From: the human T2T-CHM13v2.0 reference genome, Homo sapiens | Strand: one strand, 5' to 3' | Assembly: GCF_009914755.1 (NCBI RefSeq) | Contig: NC_060928.1 | DNA length: 64,000 nt | In this document: in pieces, positions 1 to 15,908 of the stretch | Layout: each line of letters begins with the position of its first letter | Numbering within the stretch: the stretch's first letter is position 1 | Notes under the pieces: generated by a model | Told to the model about the DNA's origin: nothing | The model's database searches: none | The model's input: the letters and a program-made list of their open reading frames with translations, nothing else | Translations under genes and position numbers: made by a program

Positions 1-381
1 ATGTATTATGAGAGTTGGCTCAAGGGATTATGGAGGCCAAGAAGTCCCATCATATGCCATCTGCAGGCTGGAAAACCAGGAAAGCTGGCAGTGTAATTTG
101 GTATGAGTCCAAGGGCAGGGGAAGATGGATGTCCCAGGTCAAGGAGAGAGAAAAATAACTCACCCTTCCTTTAACTTTTTATTCAATCCAGGCCCTCACC
201 AGATTCACCAGATTGGATGATGCCTGCCCACATGGGTGAGGGCAGATCTTTCCTCGGTCTACTGATTTAAATGCCAATCTTTTCCAGAAACCCTCTCACA
301 GGCACACTCAGAAATAATGTTTGACCAGCTATCTGGATATCTCTTCATCTAGTCAAGTTGACACAAGAAATTGGCCATTAT
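1..381 (-). mobile_element. MLT2 (ERVL) LTR, partial
   Basis: Resembles the reverse complement of MLT2, e.g. gattggatgatgcctgcccacatgggtgagggcagatc and cagaaataatgtt...agtcaagttgacaca. Confidence 0.8.
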
Positions 382-399
382 AGTAGGTTTTGTCATTAA

Positions 400-1168
400 T
401 TCTTGTGTTAGCTAGGGTAAAACTAAGTAGCTGCTACACAGATCTGAAAATACAATGGTTCAAAGAATGAAGAATTTTATTTCTTTCTTATGAGACAGCA
501 TTGGTGTGAACAATTCAAGTTGTCAGGGCAGCTACTTTCCGAGTTATTGGTTGGCCATCCTCTAGAGTGTTGCCATTTTCTGCATGGTTGAAGCTGGATT
601 GATGTCCCATCCAGGTTCCAGAGGGGTGAGGGCACGCAGAGGAGGTACATCCCATTCCCTGCAACCCAGACCCACAGGAACAAAATGAGGCTGGGAAATG
701 TAGTCTAGCTAAGCAGCCTGCATTAACCTTCAAGTCCATTCAATTCAACTTAGAAGATTGAGAGAATGAGTTTGGCGGATGAATGATATGGTTTGGCTCT
801 GTATCCCCACCCAAATCTCACCCTGAATTGTAGTAATCCCCATGTGTCGTGGGAGAGACCTGGTGGGAGGTAATTGAATCATGGGGGTGGGTTCTTCCCA
901 TGTTGTTCTTATGATAGTGAATGAGTCTCACGATATCTGATGGTTTTATAAAGGGAAGTTCCCCTGCGTAGGTTGTCTTGCCTGCCACCATGTAGGGTGT
1001 GCCTTTGCTCTCACTTTGCCTTCTACCATGATTGTGAGACCTCCCTAGCCATGTGGAACTGTGAGTCCAATGAACCTCTTTCTTTTATAAATTACCCTGT
1101 CTCAGGTATGTCTTTATTAGCAGCATGAGAGCGAACTAACACAATGGACAACCTGCAGTCTCTGCTGC
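400..1168 (-). mobile_element. Old MaLR LTR (MLT1J/K/L-like) interrupted by THE1
   Basis: MLT1-type motifs (aatggttcaaa...tttatttct, gaggctgggaaatgtagtct); terminal acaacctgcagtctctgctgca resumes after the THE1. Confidence 0.6.
784..1143 (+). mobile_element. THE1 (ERVL-MaLR) solo LTR
   Basis: Starts tgatatggtttggctctg, ends actaacaca; 5-bp flanks atgaa/atgga. Confidence 0.92.
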
Positions 1169-1443
1169 ATTCCCAATGACTTCCTCCACTCCTTTGGGAG
1201 TTTATTAGGCATGACAGCGAGGTTGTTGAGGGCAGGGAGGAGTGGGTGGTAGGAAAGAGGAGGGAAAGTCCTGGACCAGCACCCAGAGCCGTGGTATAAG
1301 CCTCACACTACATTCCCACCGACCACACTGGACAGAGTGTTGTACTTCTAGGATCAAACAACAGGACATTTTCTAATTTGCAGACATCAATTAAGTTAGC
1401 AATTAGATTAGAATGTTTACAACTTAAATTTGCCCTCCCATAA

Positions 1444-1669
1444 TTTTTTTTTTTGTTTGTGTTTGAAATGGAGTCTTGCTCTTTTGCCCAGGCTAGAGTG
1501 CAGTGGCACGATCTCGGGTCAGTGCAAGCTCTGCCTCCCGGGTTCACGCCATTCTCCTGCCTCAGCCTCCTGAGTAGCTGGGACTACAGGCACCCGCCAC
1601 CATGCCCGGCTAATTTTTTGTATTTTTAGTAGAGACGAGGTTTCACCGTGTTAGCCAGGATGGTCTAGA
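1444..1669 (-). mobile_element. AluY, 5'-truncated
   Basis: AluY diagnostics (caagctc, gttcacgccattctc, accgtgttagccaggatgg); TSD ttgYcctcccataattttt at 1430-1448 and 1670-1688. Confidence 0.93.
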
Positions 1670-2178
1670 TTGTCCTCCCATAATTTTTAATAAAAACCTT
1701 GGCCCCCGTTAATGCTTAAACACAGCACAATGTGAAGAGATGAGAAGGTAAGTGACCACATATCCGGAGGATTTTGATGTAAGAATCTTCTTCAGAGGCA
1801 CACAGCCCTCCTAGGTTGACAGTTTATATTTTTTATTCCAGGGAACTTTGTGTTTCTGGTTGTGATTTGACTTCGCATACGTATCATGAAGTCACATTTT
1901 CTGCCACAGAAGTTACTTCCTATTGTGTATGACAGAAGTAAGAACATCATTATTTTGCACAGGTGACAAAACCCTCAGGACACCCTGGTGCTCCTTCACC
2001 TGAGAGTGTCTGGAATTGTGGGTTTAGGAGACAGGGATGATCTGCTGTTTCATTTGCTTTTAATCATCCCATCATCTGTCCCTCCTGGCAGGTGATGTGG
2101 TGGATGTGCTAGACGAGACTCCCTTACCAAAATGTCTTCTTGGAAATACTGCTAGAATCTGTTCACATGCAGAGGATA

Positions 2179-2180
<2 letters not shown>

Positions 2181-2209
<29 letters not shown>
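2181..2209. repeat. (AC)n microsatellite
   Basis: About 14 AC units, with a short (TTAA)n run nearby. Confidence 0.95.
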
Positions 2210-2211
<2 letters not shown>

Positions 2212-3578
2212 TACACAGAGACATTTAATTAATTAATTAATAATAGACATTAAATTAATACATTCTACTTTACAAAGCAATAAATGAAAGCCTAAAAAAT
2301 GCAAAGTAGATATCACTTGGAAGAGGATTTCAAGCCTGTCTCTTCATTTCCCAGTCATTAAATCATAATTAGATATTGTCTACACTATGGCCTTTTCATA
2401 TCCATAACAGAATCCCGACTGTGGATGTGGTGGAAGCCTGGGTACCAGATGTTTTGCTCCTTCTTTCTTTCCTGAAGCACAGGCCTGTTTGTGGCAGTTT
2501 GAAAGTTTGCACTTAAGAAGCTTAATTTTTTTCCCCCAAAGAGTCTTGCTCTTTGGGGCTGTCATCTTCTTCAGATGCAGCCTGGTGGGAATGAATCCCT
2601 GTTAAAATGAGAAAGAGACCATCTCTTATCGTGCCTGCGAGGGTCAGGGAAGGGGCACTCCACTATTCTGCCTTATGAGCTTTTCCCTCAGGGTCCCATC
2701 TACCTCATCAAATTCTGCCTCTGACTCGCTGATACCAGCCCCCTGGGAGTTGTTCTCAAAATCCAAAATCAATAAACACGGCTGTCAATCACACCAGGCC
2801 TTCTCAGCTCCGAGGTGCTACTTTTCTTGATTGAGGATTTCTGCAGAAGCCCAGAACTCCATTTTCACAGCAGCCTGCTGGGTTCTCAGTGAAGTTTGGT
2901 AATTCTCGCGATTAATTGCCTCATTAATAAAGGAGATTCACACAGTATACATGCTTTTATCCAGGTTGTCAGATACTTTTGAAAGGGTTTAATGCCAATA
3001 AAACTTTCAACGTTGCCATTAGCTTACTTATGTAAGCATTTAACATGCTCCACTTGGCCTTCGTTGCTTTGGGAAAATAGACAGGTTATCTGCTAATTTC
3101 AATATTTCATACACAATAAGAACTTTGATGTAAGTCTAAGGAGGTTGCTGTGTGAGGCTGGGAGCTGTCGAAGAGGCAATAGAAAAATGAAAATGAGTAA
3201 AAGCTAGCTCAAATTTGAACATTACCCAGGCAGTAGATAGCCTGAATTTGAGCATGCCATACAGGCTTACTAAGTACTTGGCTCAAGGCTCAAGTTTGAA
3301 AGCTTCAGTGCTGAATTTCACTGAGGTCCTTTATTACCCTGTTACATCTTTCCTGCCTTGGGATATTTGCACTGGTTTTTCTTTCTTCATTGATGTTTTC
3401 CCTCAGGATCTTGCATGGCTCCCTCTTGAACTTTTTTCAGTTTTCCACTGAAATGTTACCATCTTGGAGAGGTTACTTCATCACTTTAGTAAAAATTACT
3501 CTGCCCGTTATCACTGTCTACCTCTTCTTGTTCTTCAATAGCTTACATGATGGTGTGTGTTTATTTGTTTATTGCCGG

Positions 3579-4276
<698 letters not shown>

Positions 4277-4973
4277 GTTGGTCTCCCTGGAGCAGAAGCT
4301 CCAAAGCCAAGGCCTGAGTTTGTTTTGCTCATTGCTGTATATCCTTAGAGCTGAGAACAATTCTTGTTATATTGTAACTGCTCAGTAAATATGTGACAAT
4401 TGAATAAATGAAATTCTAATAACAGCAATGGAAAGAATAATAATAAAAACTTCCCAAATACAAGCTTACGGAAATGAACAACATTCATATTGACAACTCA
4501 TCATTCCAGATATGATTCTATATCCACTTCTACAAGAAAAAGATACAAAGCTGTTGGTTCTATTGAATATGTAAAGTAAAATGTAAATATAAAATAGTTG
4601 TTAAAAATACAACTATTTAAAATTCAAAATTTAAAAAAAAAATTAACTTTATTTTCATTCAAACTGAAGAAATGAAAATGAAGGAAAGGTAAAATTTTAA
4701 ATGGATTTTCTTTTTTTACAGCAAGAGATATTTTTTCAAAGATACCGCTAAAGAGATTATTAAGAAGAAAACATTAAGAAGTTGACATCAGTATCATTTT
4801 TTTAAAAAACTACATTTGGGATTTGAGTTGCTGCCATAAAAAGTTAATATTTTGACCTATCTGCTCACCCTCTACCTCCCAATTTTTGTTGATTACACCT
4901 TGCATAATGCTCGAGGTTTACTTTCTGTTTGGTATATAATTCACACAACTGTCAAGTATTTATATTTAAATAG

Positions 4974-5404
<431 letters not shown>

Positions 5405-5472
5405 CCGTCAGTTCTTTCTAATGTGCTCCTCTATTCCTTAGGTTTAAATCTTGATTAGATTTTTATTTGACT

Positions 5473-5807
5473 GGTTTCTTAGTCTGTTCTGGCCGCTGCA
5501 CCATAGACCGGGTGGCTTAAACAATGTGTATTTATTTTCCATAGTTCTGGAAGTCCAAGACCAAGGTACTGGCAGATTCAGGGTCTGGTAAGGGGTGGCT
5601 TACTGGTTCACAGGTGGTTGTAACCTCATGTAGCAAAAAGGGCAAGGCAGCTCTCTGGGGCTTCTTTTATAAGAACACTAATCCCATTCATGCTCTACCT
5701 TCCTGACCTAATCACCTCCCAAAGGCCCAAACCTCCAAATGCCCTCCCACTGGGAATTAGGTTTCAATCTATGAATATTAGGGGTGCACGATCATTCAGT
5801 CCATAAC
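5473..5807 (-). mobile_element. MLT1A/B-like MaLR LTR
   Basis: ggtggcttaaacaa...gaagtccaagaccaagg...cctaatcacctcccaaaggccc...cattcagtccataaca. Confidence 0.85.
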
Positions 5808-5859
5808 AACTAGATTCATTGGCAAGTGGATTTTTCCAGCAGGCCCATAGGGTGGCACT

Positions 5860-6080
5860 GTAGCACTGCTGTTAAGAGTAGAGTCTCTAGCATCACTACC
5901 TAAGGCTAACATCTCAGTTCCCCCGTTTCCTAGCTGTGAGACCTTGGGCAAGTTACTTACTTTCTCTGTATCTTAGTTTCTTTATCTGAAAAAATCAAGA
6001 TAACAATAGAATCTACTTTATTCTGTTTTATGAAATGAAATCATTCACGCTGTTCAAATAGTGTTTGGCCCACAGTAAGT
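5860..6080 (+). mobile_element. MIR
   Basis: Core ctagctgtgagaccttgggcaagttactt...ctctgtatcttagtttctttatctg. Confidence 0.8.
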
Positions 6081-7668
6081 CTACTTCACCAACTCCCCTT
6101 AAAAGAGATCTCATTGCTTGTAGTATAGTCTGCCCAAAATACTTCTCATCCTGCTTAACTGTAAGGACCAAGAGGTCTAAAATTCTTCCCTCCTGAGGCC
6201 TCACATTTACACAAATATTGTTGTTTTCTTATCTTGCTCTCTCTTGTGGGTAAGTTCAAAGACTATGATCTCTGACATTCACAGCCATGAAAGTGATAAT
6301 GGGAGGTGAAGACAGTGTAGCTACAACCAGCCTTAGGAAGCTCAGGAAGCTGGGGGCGGCTGGGCCAGGGGCTGTTGAGCCACTTTGGAATCCTTCTTAT
6401 GAACCAGCAGCCTGGGAGAAGGTCTGCAGCTAGGAATGCCGCAGCAGCCTGCATCTGACAAGTTTATTTCCATAGTTGGCTGTGATTTGCCCTGGAATGG
6501 ATATCCCTCCTGCCAAGGTACATGCTGTTTGCTCAGATGTTGGTCACATTTTGATAATCATTTAACCTTTATTTATTCTGCACGCCCTACGGTGTAGATA
6601 ATCGTCCCTGGCTGCCTCAGGAGCTCCACTGGAGACAGTGCGGAGCTGGAGGACCGCTTCCCGCTGGGAATCTCCTCTAGAGATGGATATGTTCATTTCA
6701 ATGGAAAGTTCCTCACCAATCTGATTTGTAGACAGAATTGGCATTTTTAATTAACAGCAAATGAGAAAAATGGGACATTTTTTTCTTTAGATTTTCACTT
6801 CAGGAGTTCTGATGAAGCCCTCCTTTTTTTTTGTATTGTGATTATTCCTCTCTCTCATGTATTCTTTGACATAAATATGCTTAAGTTCATTTATTTTCAT
6901 AACAGAATTACGGAGATCAGGAAATGGAGAAGAGTAAAATAGTGCAAAGTCTTTTCAAATTTCATTGATGAACCACTGCATCTATTTATAAATGAAATTT
7001 GACATTTTAAATTTAATTTCATTTGTATTATCTTTTATCTGTGAAATATTTTTTAGGCTCTTATATGAAGTTTATGGTGGCTTGATAAAAATAAATTAGA
7101 ATGCCTTCTATATTCTTTCATTTTCAGTTTAAATAGTATTTAAATAGTATTAGAATTATGTATTATTTTTACATGATTCCTGAACTTTTTAAAATTAATT
7201 CTTTAATTCTGAAGAGAACTTTATATATACATATATACAGTTTTTTTTTTCTAAAGACCTAGCTTTTGGAGGTACTTATCAGTTTCCCACAAAAAGTGAT
7301 TTCCAAAACATGTGCATTGTTCTTAATCAATAAAAATTTTACTTGAACTTTAGACTTTTACCTGTGAATATTATCTTCTTTAGTGTGCAAATAAAAAACT
7401 CAGCCAAGGGAAATATACAGACAGAGAGTGGATTGAAGAGCATTTGGAGAGATCCTTCCATTCCAAAACATCAGAGAGCAGGATGAGTAGACATAATGGC
7501 CTTGCCCTTCTGCTTAGCTCTGAGCTGGGCCTTGGCATTATGCCCTCAGCTTACATCGAGAAATTCTCTGAAGAAACGGAGGTTTTGCAGGGGTACTGCT
7601 GAAGATACTGTATTCTGTTTTACTCAGTAACCTCTATGTAAAGGCCTGGACACAACTTTTCATTTAGA

Positions 7669-8137
7669 CCTATGCTGTCTGTATGTGACTTCTGAGCAAA
7701 TGAAATATGGCTAGTGCAAATGAGGAATTGGATTTCATTTAATTTTTAATTAAATCAAATGTAAAAGTGAACACAGCCATGAGAGAACATTTAAGGATGT
7801 TAGAACAGTGTGGGTATGTGAATCTACTTTTTCAACAGTCCATTTGTGAAATCCAAATATAGATCAAGTGTTTCTGATAAAAATTTAGTACATCTCCATT
7901 GAGATGCACTATGAGTATAAAATATACATCATATTTTGAAGACAGTATGTAAAAAAAGAATAAAAAATCTTAGTAGTCTTATATATTGACTATGTTGAAA
8001 TGATAATATTTTGGATATATTGGGTTAAATAAAATGTTAAAACCAATGTCATCTTTTTTTAACATTTTTAAATGTGGCTGTTAGAAAATTTAAAATTTCA
8101 TAGGTGACTCAAATTGTATTTCTATTGAACAGCTCTG
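7669..8137. mobile_element. hAT-Charlie1/MER33-like DNA transposon relic
   Basis: Right end aatgtggctgttagaaaatttaaaatt...tttctattgaacagctctg; internal gtatgtgaatctactttttcaac. Confidence 0.75.
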
Positions 8138-9159
8138 GTATAAAGTTCCAGGAAGAAACATCATTTCTTCTAAGAAATTAGTATGCATTTTTTCCTCTTC
8201 TCATAGACAACATGAATGTTGTAATCAAATTAATTTATACAAATAGGTAAATCCTTGGCCATCAGAACCTCACAGCTCTATTTTCAGCTCAGCATTATTT
8301 CCTCTAAATCATATCACTTTTATATCTTCGCTTAATTTTATCCCCTGATCTTACCTGCCTGACATGTCTATATTTTCCCTTGCCATCATTTAATTTAGTT
8401 TCCATTTGTCTAATTTATTGTGTTATATTTGTTCTTGTGGGCAATGGCAAGTCATGTTCCTGAGAACAAGTCTTGCCTCAAGTACTTCTCTGTGAACCTG
8501 TTCACATTATCAACATGGCAAGACATGAACAATGGTTTGATGAAACCCTTTCATTTGAGATGAAAAAGACAGAAGTACAAAGTGACTGGCATTTTGAAAG
8601 CCCAAAGCTCCATGCAGTTCAACACAAGTTTCCTATTTCTAAACACCACTCAGGTTTGTGGTCAGTTTTCGAGATCTAGAAATCTTTCCTGAAGTGTTTT
8701 CAATAGGAGAACCTGGCATTTCACTAATTGAATGTCGCTGGTTAACTGATAACGTCAGTAGAGCTGAATGTTATCATAAGGGAATGATTTTCTGCTGCTA
8801 GATAATGCTGAGGGGAAGTCTAAACATATGAGTGCAACATTAAAGATGTTGATAATATGGCCCCAGAAAGCTACCATGATTGATTGGCTATTATATGGAA
8901 TTTATTGTACTTCTATCATTTTGTCTGGTGAAACCCAGCTGAATGGTTCACTACAATGATGGTATTTTGGGCTGTGTTAAAAGACGTGATGGTCAATAAA
9001 CTAAGCTATGCTACTGAAATGACCCTGGACTTTGGGGTCACACAGATGTAGTAGGTTCGAATTCCAATTCTTCTTTTCTACCAGAGTGACTTTTGAGAAA
9101 TTACATAAAACTTCACATGAATTTAATGACTACCACATCCAATGTCATTTTCCTAGTTG

Positions 9160-9350
9160 CTAACATATATTGAGTGTTTACTCTTCACCAGACACTTTAC
9201 TCTTATCTCCTCACACAAGCTTTGAGGAACTGTGGACATCAAAGCTTAGGGAGGTTAAATAACTTGCCTAGGAAAATTATTATTCCTTCTTATTGTTAGA
9301 AATAGAACTGAAATTCAAAAATATGTCTGACTCCAAAGCATGTGAGCCTT
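9160..9350 (-). mobile_element. MIR fragment
   Basis: gcttagggaggttaaataacttgccta...tctgactccaaagc. Confidence 0.6.
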
Positions 9351-10247
9351 CCGTCTAACACATTAGTAGCAATTATCCATTAACTTCAGTTCGCTGAAAC
9401 ATTGATTACCAAGAGGGTTCTGAAATTGCGTGGCAGTTCCTCTAAGGAATTTTGCCTGCATTCAGGGAGCAGGCATCCCGTGATCGGTGGGAGCCAACCT
9501 GTCTTGTGGCTCAGCTTTCTTCTTTCTGGTGAGGACTGCATTGTATGAGATAAAATTTACTGTTTATTTAGAAAGCAGCACATACATTAGCTAACTGTTG
9601 GAAACATAAATTGTCTTAATTACAATGAGGGTCAAAAATTATAATCTATTCAAGCCTTAGTTTATAAAGTAACTAGTATAAGCTCTTCTCTGTAAGTACA
9701 ACTATAAAAACCAAGAATAAAAGGCTGTGCTGAATTCTTCCCTGTCCAGTGAGTGTTTGATGCTATCATCCATTACAAAGTGTTATAGAGTAAACACCTC
9801 TTCAAATGCACATCTTCCATCTTTTAGTAGTAGAGATTTAAAATGACCAAAGTAAAGTAAAACAAACCACGCTAAACCAAAAAATGATTGAAGAAACTGA
9901 ATTTTGTTTGGCCTTAGATTTTCTTGCCTCACTTTCTCAGGGTTCTTCTATCCAAATGTATAAATCTTTTGTCAAGAGGAAGGACCTTTATTCTAGCTAG
10001 TGATTTTGAGAACATAGATTTATTTACTTTTTTATTCAAATAGACATGGTAAAGTTCATCCATTCATTTATACATTCATTCATCAGCAAATATGTGATCA
10101 CTTTATTTGAATAAATAACCTACAAACTTTATGAGCTGAGCCTGCCTTTAGGCACTGGAGAAAGAGAGATAAAAATGAGTGGGTGTTAGAATTTTTCTGG
10201 AAATTAAGTTTTAAGGGAGGAGAGAATAGGTTCCATGCTGAGGTTAG

Positions 10248-10566
<319 letters not shown>

Positions 10567-11598
10567 AGAGAAAGGGCAGATATTAGGGAAAAGATAGAGA
10601 CACCAAAAATCCACTCTTGGATTCGAAATCAAACTGCCTCACATAGGAGACATTCGAATATTCTTTGTTGAATAAACAAATAAATTTTTTTCAGAATTGG
10701 TTCCTTTCCAAAAATGCACCTCATAACAAAGCTTATTATTGAACGACTTCCCAATTCCATTGAAAGTATGGTGCCTACATAATGGTGACATTAACACTTC
10801 ACATTTTTTTCTCATGCGAGGCTTTGAATATCATTGTCAAGGATAAATAAAAAAGTGAGGTTCAGAATATTCTAAAAATGCTCCTTTGTAAAAACTACAT
10901 GCATAAATATTAGTTTGACTTGCCTGTTGTAAATCTTGGCTTGTTTTAAAAATATGGATTTTGAAATCTGTGTGTAAAGTGTACTTGTCCCAAGTAAGTC
11001 TTACTAATACCTCTTTGCTAAGGGGTGCCTCTCATCCAGTCTGGGACAGCAGAATCAAAGTTATTGCTTCCTTCAACATGTTCTGCAAATGCTTACTAAC
11101 ATTCATGTAGGACTGTGGCTTTCACGGTTTTACTTTATAGCCATTTCTTGTTCTCTGTCACATGGTGTTCAGGGAAAAACGTTGGGTTTAAAGTCCTGTC
11201 ATAAATTACTGGCCCGTTTGTAATCACTATCTTTTTCTAAGTAAAACTCAATGTTTTGTCATTTCGAGAAGACATTTAAGAGTCTAAATATATGCTCTTT
11301 CTTACTACAATTGCCACTTTATTGCTTGGGAGAAGTTTATGTAAGATATTTAAAGAAAAACAGCAGATTGATCCCCAAGAGGAAAATAACATTTTTCTGT
11401 AAACCATTTTCACTGCAAACCCTGAAGTGTAATTCTTCTGGTGTTGCTTTTACCCTCTAGGTTCCTGAATGAATTTAGACTATATTCAGCATAAGTTGGT
11501 TTTTGTCATTTCATGAGATAGTCTCACTCAAACTGAGTTGTATACTCTCTCATCATGGAGAATTTTTTTTTTTATAGATGCTCTTCTGTTACCTGCAA

Positions 11599-11632
11599 TT
11601 TTTTTTTTTATTATTATACTTTAAGTTCTAGG
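11599..11632 (-). mobile_element. Ultra-short L1PA 3' terminus plus poly(A)
   Basis: poly-T followed by attattatactttaagttctagg, the reverse complement of the L1PA 3' end. Confidence 0.6.
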
Positions 11633-12804
11633 CATTAATTACATCCACAATGTTGTGCAACCATGCTACTGTTTCCTAAGCTTTTTCATCATCCTGCCAG
11701 TGCAATCAGAAACTCTATAACCATTAAGCAACAGGTCCCCATTTTCCCCCCTCCCTGGCCCCTGGTAACCACTAATCTTCTTTCTATCTCTATGAATTTG
11801 GCTATTCTGGATATGTCGTATAAATAGAATCATACAATATTTGTTCTTTTGTGTCTGGCATATTTCACGTAGCATGTTTTCAAGGTTCATGCATGTTGTA
11901 TCATCTATGAGAACTTCATTCCTTTTTATAGCTGAGTAATATTCCATTGCATGCAATTAGCACATTTTGTTTACCTGTTCATCTGTTGATAGACACTTTT
12001 GTTGTTTTCACCTTTTGGCTGTTATGAATAACGCTGGAATAAACTAGCTTTTCAAATCCTTATTTTCAATGCTTTGGCATATATAACTAGAAGCAGAATT
12101 TCTAGGTCACATGGTAATTCTATGTTTAGCTTTTTGAGGAACGGTTGAACGGTTCCTACAGCGCCTTCACCATTTTACTTTCCTTCAACAATGTACTGAG
12201 GGGTCCAATTTCTCCATATTCTCTCCAATATTTGTTGCTTTCTGGTTTTTTTTTTTTTTAATTATAACCATTCTAGGAGGTGTGAAATGCTATCTCACTG
12301 TAGTTTTAATTTGCATTTCTCAAATGTCTGGTGCTGAGCATCTTTTCAAGTGCTTATTGGTCATTTGTATATTTTCTTTCAGAAATGTCCATTCAGGTGC
12401 CTTGCCCATTTAAAAAATTGTGTTGCTCGTCTTCTTGTTGAATCGTAGGAGTTCTTTATACATTCTGGAAATCAAACATTTATGAGATCTATGATTTGCA
12501 AATATTTTCTTTCTGTGTTTTCTTTTCACTTTCTTGATAATGTCCTTTAATGATATAAGTTTTTTAGTTTTATGAAATCTAATTTATCTTCTTTTTCCTT
12601 TTGTCACCCATGCTTTTGTTTTCATATTGAAGAATCCATTGCTAAATCCAAGGTTACGGAGATTTACCCCTATGTTGTCTTCCAAAAGTTTTATAATCTT
12701 AGCTTCTCTATTTAGGTCATTAATCCATTTTGAGTTAATTTTTGTATATGGTATAAAATAGAGGTCCAATTTCATTCTTTTGCTTGCGAAAATCTAGTTG
12801 TTCC
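11631..12804 (-). mobile_element. L1MB 3' fragment
   Basis: L1M 3'UTR motifs; minus-strand frames MEYYSAIKRNEVL and [17 protein letters not shown] match the ORF2 C-terminal region. Confidence 0.9.
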
Positions 12805-13659
12805 TATTCATCAATCCTTTATTCTCACAAATATCTTTTTTTTTGTCTATGTCTTTAAAACTTTAAGAACTCACTTTTACCAACACAGAAAAATGTGACA
12901 ACATAAACCTTTCATCACCCCACATGTTAAGGGGACTACATTTCTGACATTTATCTATTCTAGAGAGGAGCAGCATCTGCAAATTTCTTTTCCTCAGTAG
13001 GAACTGAACAGTGCAACTTCCTTCTCTGAGGGGACTTACATGTGACAGACAGCCTGTTATGGAATATAAACTTTTATGAACAACTTAAAATAGAGGTTCT
13101 TCAGTGTTCTTTAGAGTTAGAGAGTCACCTGTATAGTTTTTTCGGGATGTCAGAAATCAGCTTGGCCTAGCTGTTTGGAAGCTACTGATATCATAAGGTT
13201 AGTTCAGCATCCAGAAGATAATCAATAAGTGTACACTGATTGGTGGGCTTGAGGAGAGATGCCTCTGGCAGCCTCTCAGTTCCATTCTGAGTTTTTGACA
13301 GCTCAGGGACCACGACTGTGTCTGCTCATCTTTCAATACTTTTCTTCGCTCAAGGAAATTTGTGGCCTTTCTTTATTGTTAGAAATTTTTCCTTAATAAA
13401 GGGTAATAGTTTCTGTAGGGAAGCTGCAACTAGCTCATTTTATTTCAAGGAAACGTAATAGACATCTATTATAAGTTAAATGTTATGTAAGCATTGGAAA
13501 TCCCAGGGAGAATAAGAAACAATTCCTACCCCAGGGAAACCTAATGCAGTGAGGGAGATAGATATGTATGCAATTCAGGTATATTAGAACTGTTGAAGAC
13601 TGAAGCCAGTGCTTTCCAGAAGTGCAAGAGTGGTGATGTGTGGCGACATTTTATAGAGA

Positions 13660-14090
13660 CGGGCTATGTAAGTTTTGAACCCAGAACGCCATGGTTCAGA
13701 GACTAGCTCTGCAGCTTATTAACAGTGTGTCATGGAGCTGGTTGATTACAATCCCTGAGCCTTGGCTTCCCATTTGTAAAGTGGGGTAAATCATATCTAA
13801 CTCAGAGGGTTAGTATGGAAATTAAAAGAGATAAAATAAGTGAATATTCCTGGTTGGCGCATAGTAAATACTCAGGGACTAAGGTTTATAGGGTGTCCCT
13901 TACAGTTCTAGTCTCTCTATATGATCATGCCAAACAATCTACAAGGCAGATACTGTCCTCGTTTATAGATAAAATTGACATTTATTAGGTTACTTTGTTT
14001 GCTCGAAATCTGTAGCTAGTGAGTAGTGGTAGTGGAATTTGAAGCCAGTCTATTCTCAGAACTTATACTCTTAACTACTATCATATACTG
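13660..14090. mobile_element. Two MIR fragments in opposite orientation
   Basis: ctgagccttggcttcccatttgtaaagtgggg (plus); gctagtgagtagtggtagtggaatttgaagccagtct (minus). Confidence 0.6.
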
Positions 14091-15622
14091 CCTTTCATTG
14101 GCGCTAATGAGGTCTTGTGGTCACGTAGTTGAAGGAGTAATTATTTAGAGTTGGGACAATCATAGAAGTCTTCCTGGAGGAATTAGACCTTAAGCTTGCC
14201 CTTGAGGTATAATAGAACAACTTTACTCTGTCTCTAAACTCTAGTATAAACATACTGTGTTGTGTGAACACTATATGGATGGAGAACAGTATTTTGATTG
14301 TTTTTTAAATGCCCTGGGGTTAAAACTTATCTGCCAGCTTCCTCCTGATATTTATTAAACCAGACAATGCTAAATTTCTCTAACCATCACCTTTCACTAT
14401 TCAATACTGTGAATGACAGAGTCTCCCACAAGAGCTGTGGTGCAAAGCACAGGATAAGGCTACATCGAGGTCCTGTCACTCAGGGTTAGTGCTTGCATCA
14501 CCTTTGGCAGGATGTGAAAACCGTAGGTTAAAAGGGGATAGAAGTTGAATTTGCTTCTTTGGGGCTACCCCTAATTTTTCAATAAATACACTTGATATTG
14601 CAGAAATGTCAAAAAAAAAAAACCCCAAATTTTGCAATCAAATCAAAATGACAACTTACATTGCCCAAGTGAGAACTCTGCCAAGCTACAAGTCCATCTG
14701 TTTACTTGTTGATAATATGCACAGCACATGATTATGGGAATTAGTTCAATTTGTACCCACTACGATTGTGTGAGCATGTTCTAACGTGATTGACAGCACA
14801 CAATATATTGAGATCTTTTTATTCCCGGTATTAATATAATATGAACCGTGAGAAGATTAAAGCCTCATTTACATAACCTGAGATAAAAGGAGGTGAAATA
14901 TTGTAATTATCCTTTCAAGCTAAATTTTCACTGCTATTTAAATTAACCTATGCAAAGAGCAAGTTAACTCCAAAGAGAGCTCTTGCCCCATAAAATCTAC
15001 TTGTGAAATCAAGAGTGTTTATAAACTGGTCAGTCAGTTAGCCATTTGCTGTTGAGATGCAGACTGCAAGTTGAAAATGATGACAACAAACCAGGGATCG
15101 TTGTGCTGCTGTAGGGCATTTTAATTTTTCTCCAATAATGTTCCATCTTTATTTGGGTAAAATGGACAAGATTATTACAGCTGGCCATGCTTTCTTGGTT
15201 TCTCAAAGTAGTGAGATAGAATGAGCAATGCTCTGGAATCAGAAAGTGTAGGTTTCTGTCTGAGCTCTGCCACGTGCTAATTCTATAATAGGACCACAGG
15301 AGAATCTTTTAACCCCTCTAAGTCTCAGTTTGCTTAATTCAAACTGATGTTTTAGATGTTATCTAGAGACTCTAAAATGCTGCAGTCCTCAAAGAAACCT
15401 TATGGGTGCTTACCAGAGAGATATATTGTTAATGTGGTATTTAAAAATCCCACTATATCACGTAATCCTTAAATTATAATATTAATTTTAAAAAACCCCA
15501 GAAGCTTCTGAGTTACAAAATCCAGAATGTCTTAATGCTTGTTTTTATTTTAGCATTAGAATAAGTAACAGAAAACAAGGAGGCTGTAGCTTGTCTGATG
15601 TTTTGAATTCCATTAACAATTA

Positions 15623-15908
<286 letters not shown>

